DNA from: Callorhinchus milii
Lineage: Eukaryota
Direction: 5' to 3'
Length of the DNA stretch: 64,000 nucleotides
Assembly (NCBI RefSeq): GCF_018977255.1
Contig: NW_024704742.1
Span: 26,786,001-26,850,000, forward strand
Shown: piece by piece, positions 62,500-64,000 of the stretch
Layout of the letters: each line of letters opens with the position of its first letter
How positions within the stretch are numbered: position 1 is the first letter of the stretch
Program-made: the position numbers and the translations under genes
The notes under the pieces: model-generated
What the model saw: the letters and a program-made list of their open reading frames with translations, nothing else
The model's database searches: none
Told to the model about the DNA's origin: nothing

Positions 62500-62745
62500 T
62501 GGAGTGCTGTAGCTCAGTGGTTAGAGCACTCGCCTCGCAAGCAAGAGACCTGGGTTCAATTCCTTCAAAAAAAATAATAAATTGGTCACTCAATCCACAA
62601 CTGTTTGCTGTGCGCAATTGGCTGCCGCGTTTCGCCCACAAAATATAGTCTATTCTCTTTACAGTATATTCTGTGAAGCTCTTTGAGACATCTCGAATAT
62701 GTGATCAGGCGCTATAATCAAATGCAAAAGCATTATTATTATTAT
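62500..62745 (+). mobile_element. tRNA-derived SINE with internal deletion
   Basis: Head TGTAGCTCAGTGGTTAGAGCACTCGCCTCGCAAGCAAGAGACCTGGGTTCAATTCC, core and (ATT)n tail. Confidence 0.85.
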
Positions 62746-63214
62746 ATCTGACCGAATTATGTATGAGAGACCAAAGGCATAAGTATACTGTGTGTGGTCT
62801 TATATTTGCAGCCTCTTTGTCAAAAATACTAGTGGGCCTCAGACTGTAAAGGGTTGAAGATTTGGTTATATAATATTGTTAATCAGTCGCTGCGGAGGAA
62901 GTGGCAGTAGTCTTTGCTGAGGGCTCAGCGAGTTCAGTTTCTGAGGCAGGACCACATTCGATACAATTATAATGATATGATCTGGATTAACTTGTTAAGT
63001 CCTTTCATTGGCCTCTGTCAGTTTTTCTAGGTGTCCTTAACTGATGGGTATATCCTTTTCATTTAGGCACCTTTTCAACTACTTTTATCAATAAGTTGCT
63101 TACTGGAGTTATGGAGAAGACTAGGCAAAGGATAGTCATTGCTATAATACAATGTAATGGATCTCACGTGCAGGAACATGTGTCATATTTTGTAACTTCT
63201 GTGATACCCCCAAA

Positions 63215-63398
63215 ACACAAGTGCAAGCTAAAGGCATCAATTCAGTTGTGAGCTGGCAGGGTGCGTCCCAGACACAAGAGACATTTCCATCTGTAGGTGG
63301 CTTACATCATTGGAACTATCAGTCTGGTTTGGATGCTCTTGAACACGGTGATAGTTTCTGCATATTGGCAGACACCTGGCTATCCCCCCAAAAAACTG
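63215..63398 (-). repeat. Unclassified interspersed repeat (copy E, terminal part)
   Basis: ATTTCCATCTGTAGGTGG...TGGTTTGGATGCTCTT...TTTCTGCATATTGGCAGACAC matches 26884-26975. Confidence 0.6.
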
Positions 63399-64000
63399 GA
63401 ATGAGTGGATGGTGGTGAGGTGGGATGTAGGTTTGAATAACACCATCCAGAGGATGGTTTGTCTTTTCTTTATTCACGAATATTTCAGTGGATTAGCCAA
63501 ATCCCTTGGGAGTAGTTGTTTTGCACGTCCTTGAGCATTCTGAGAAATACCTGCCTTGCTTAGGGAACACTGCCTTTGACTCTCACTGAGTTATTCCTTC
63601 AACAGTCTTGGAAAAAAGCTTGTTCTGCAGAGTATCTTCCCATGTGAGTAGCAGGCAAGTGGATGAGTCAAAACTGCTTTAGATTCCCAGGAAGTCAAAG
63701 GTAGTTTTGATTACAAATGTCTAAAGAATGCTGATAGTAATTCTGAACACCAACTGCTTTCAACACGTCTTAATTTTGTTGACAGATTGATGAGAATATT
63801 GTTGATATTACTAGAAAAGCATGGGATTGTGAAATTAATTTGGCTGGACGAAAATATGACAGTAAATGGCGCTCCTGTGTTGGTTAACTATCAATGATGG
63901 AGGCAATTATTTTGATAAAAATACAGAAGTTTTCTTTAGAATTCTCTGGATTTTGAAGTTATTGCAATTGTGCAAGGTTTTGCTATCAACAATAAGATAA

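Overview
Eukaryotic, intron-rich vertebrate DNA. The L2/CR1 LINEs and tRNA-headed Deu-type SINEs suggest a cartilaginous fish, possibly a chimaera (inference). The window holds the 5' part of a KIAA0232 orthologue on the + strand. It has a CpG-island promoter and probable non-coding first exon at about 11.5-12.9 kb, then five coding exons that join in frame at GT-AG junctions (30927-31157, 35021-35161, 55459-55528, 56914-56998, 57906-61179). The gene continues past the window. Main points of interest: (1) an intact, intronless 372-aa actin-like (ARP-T-like) gene at 23857-24975, nested antisense upstream of the KIAA0232 start codon, with the actin hydrolysis residues replaced; (2) a Penelope-like inverted-repeat insertion with a perfect 15-bp TSD and a minimal hammerhead-ribozyme motif just after coding exon 2; (3) a dense uORF cluster in the KIAA0232 leader; (4) a 2.5-kb polypyrimidine tract beside the promoter; (5) a divergent RT relic unlike the resident LINEs; (6) an unclassified repeat family with at least 5 copies. 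Repeat boundaries were read by eye and are approximate. Family names are from recalled motifs, not database searches.
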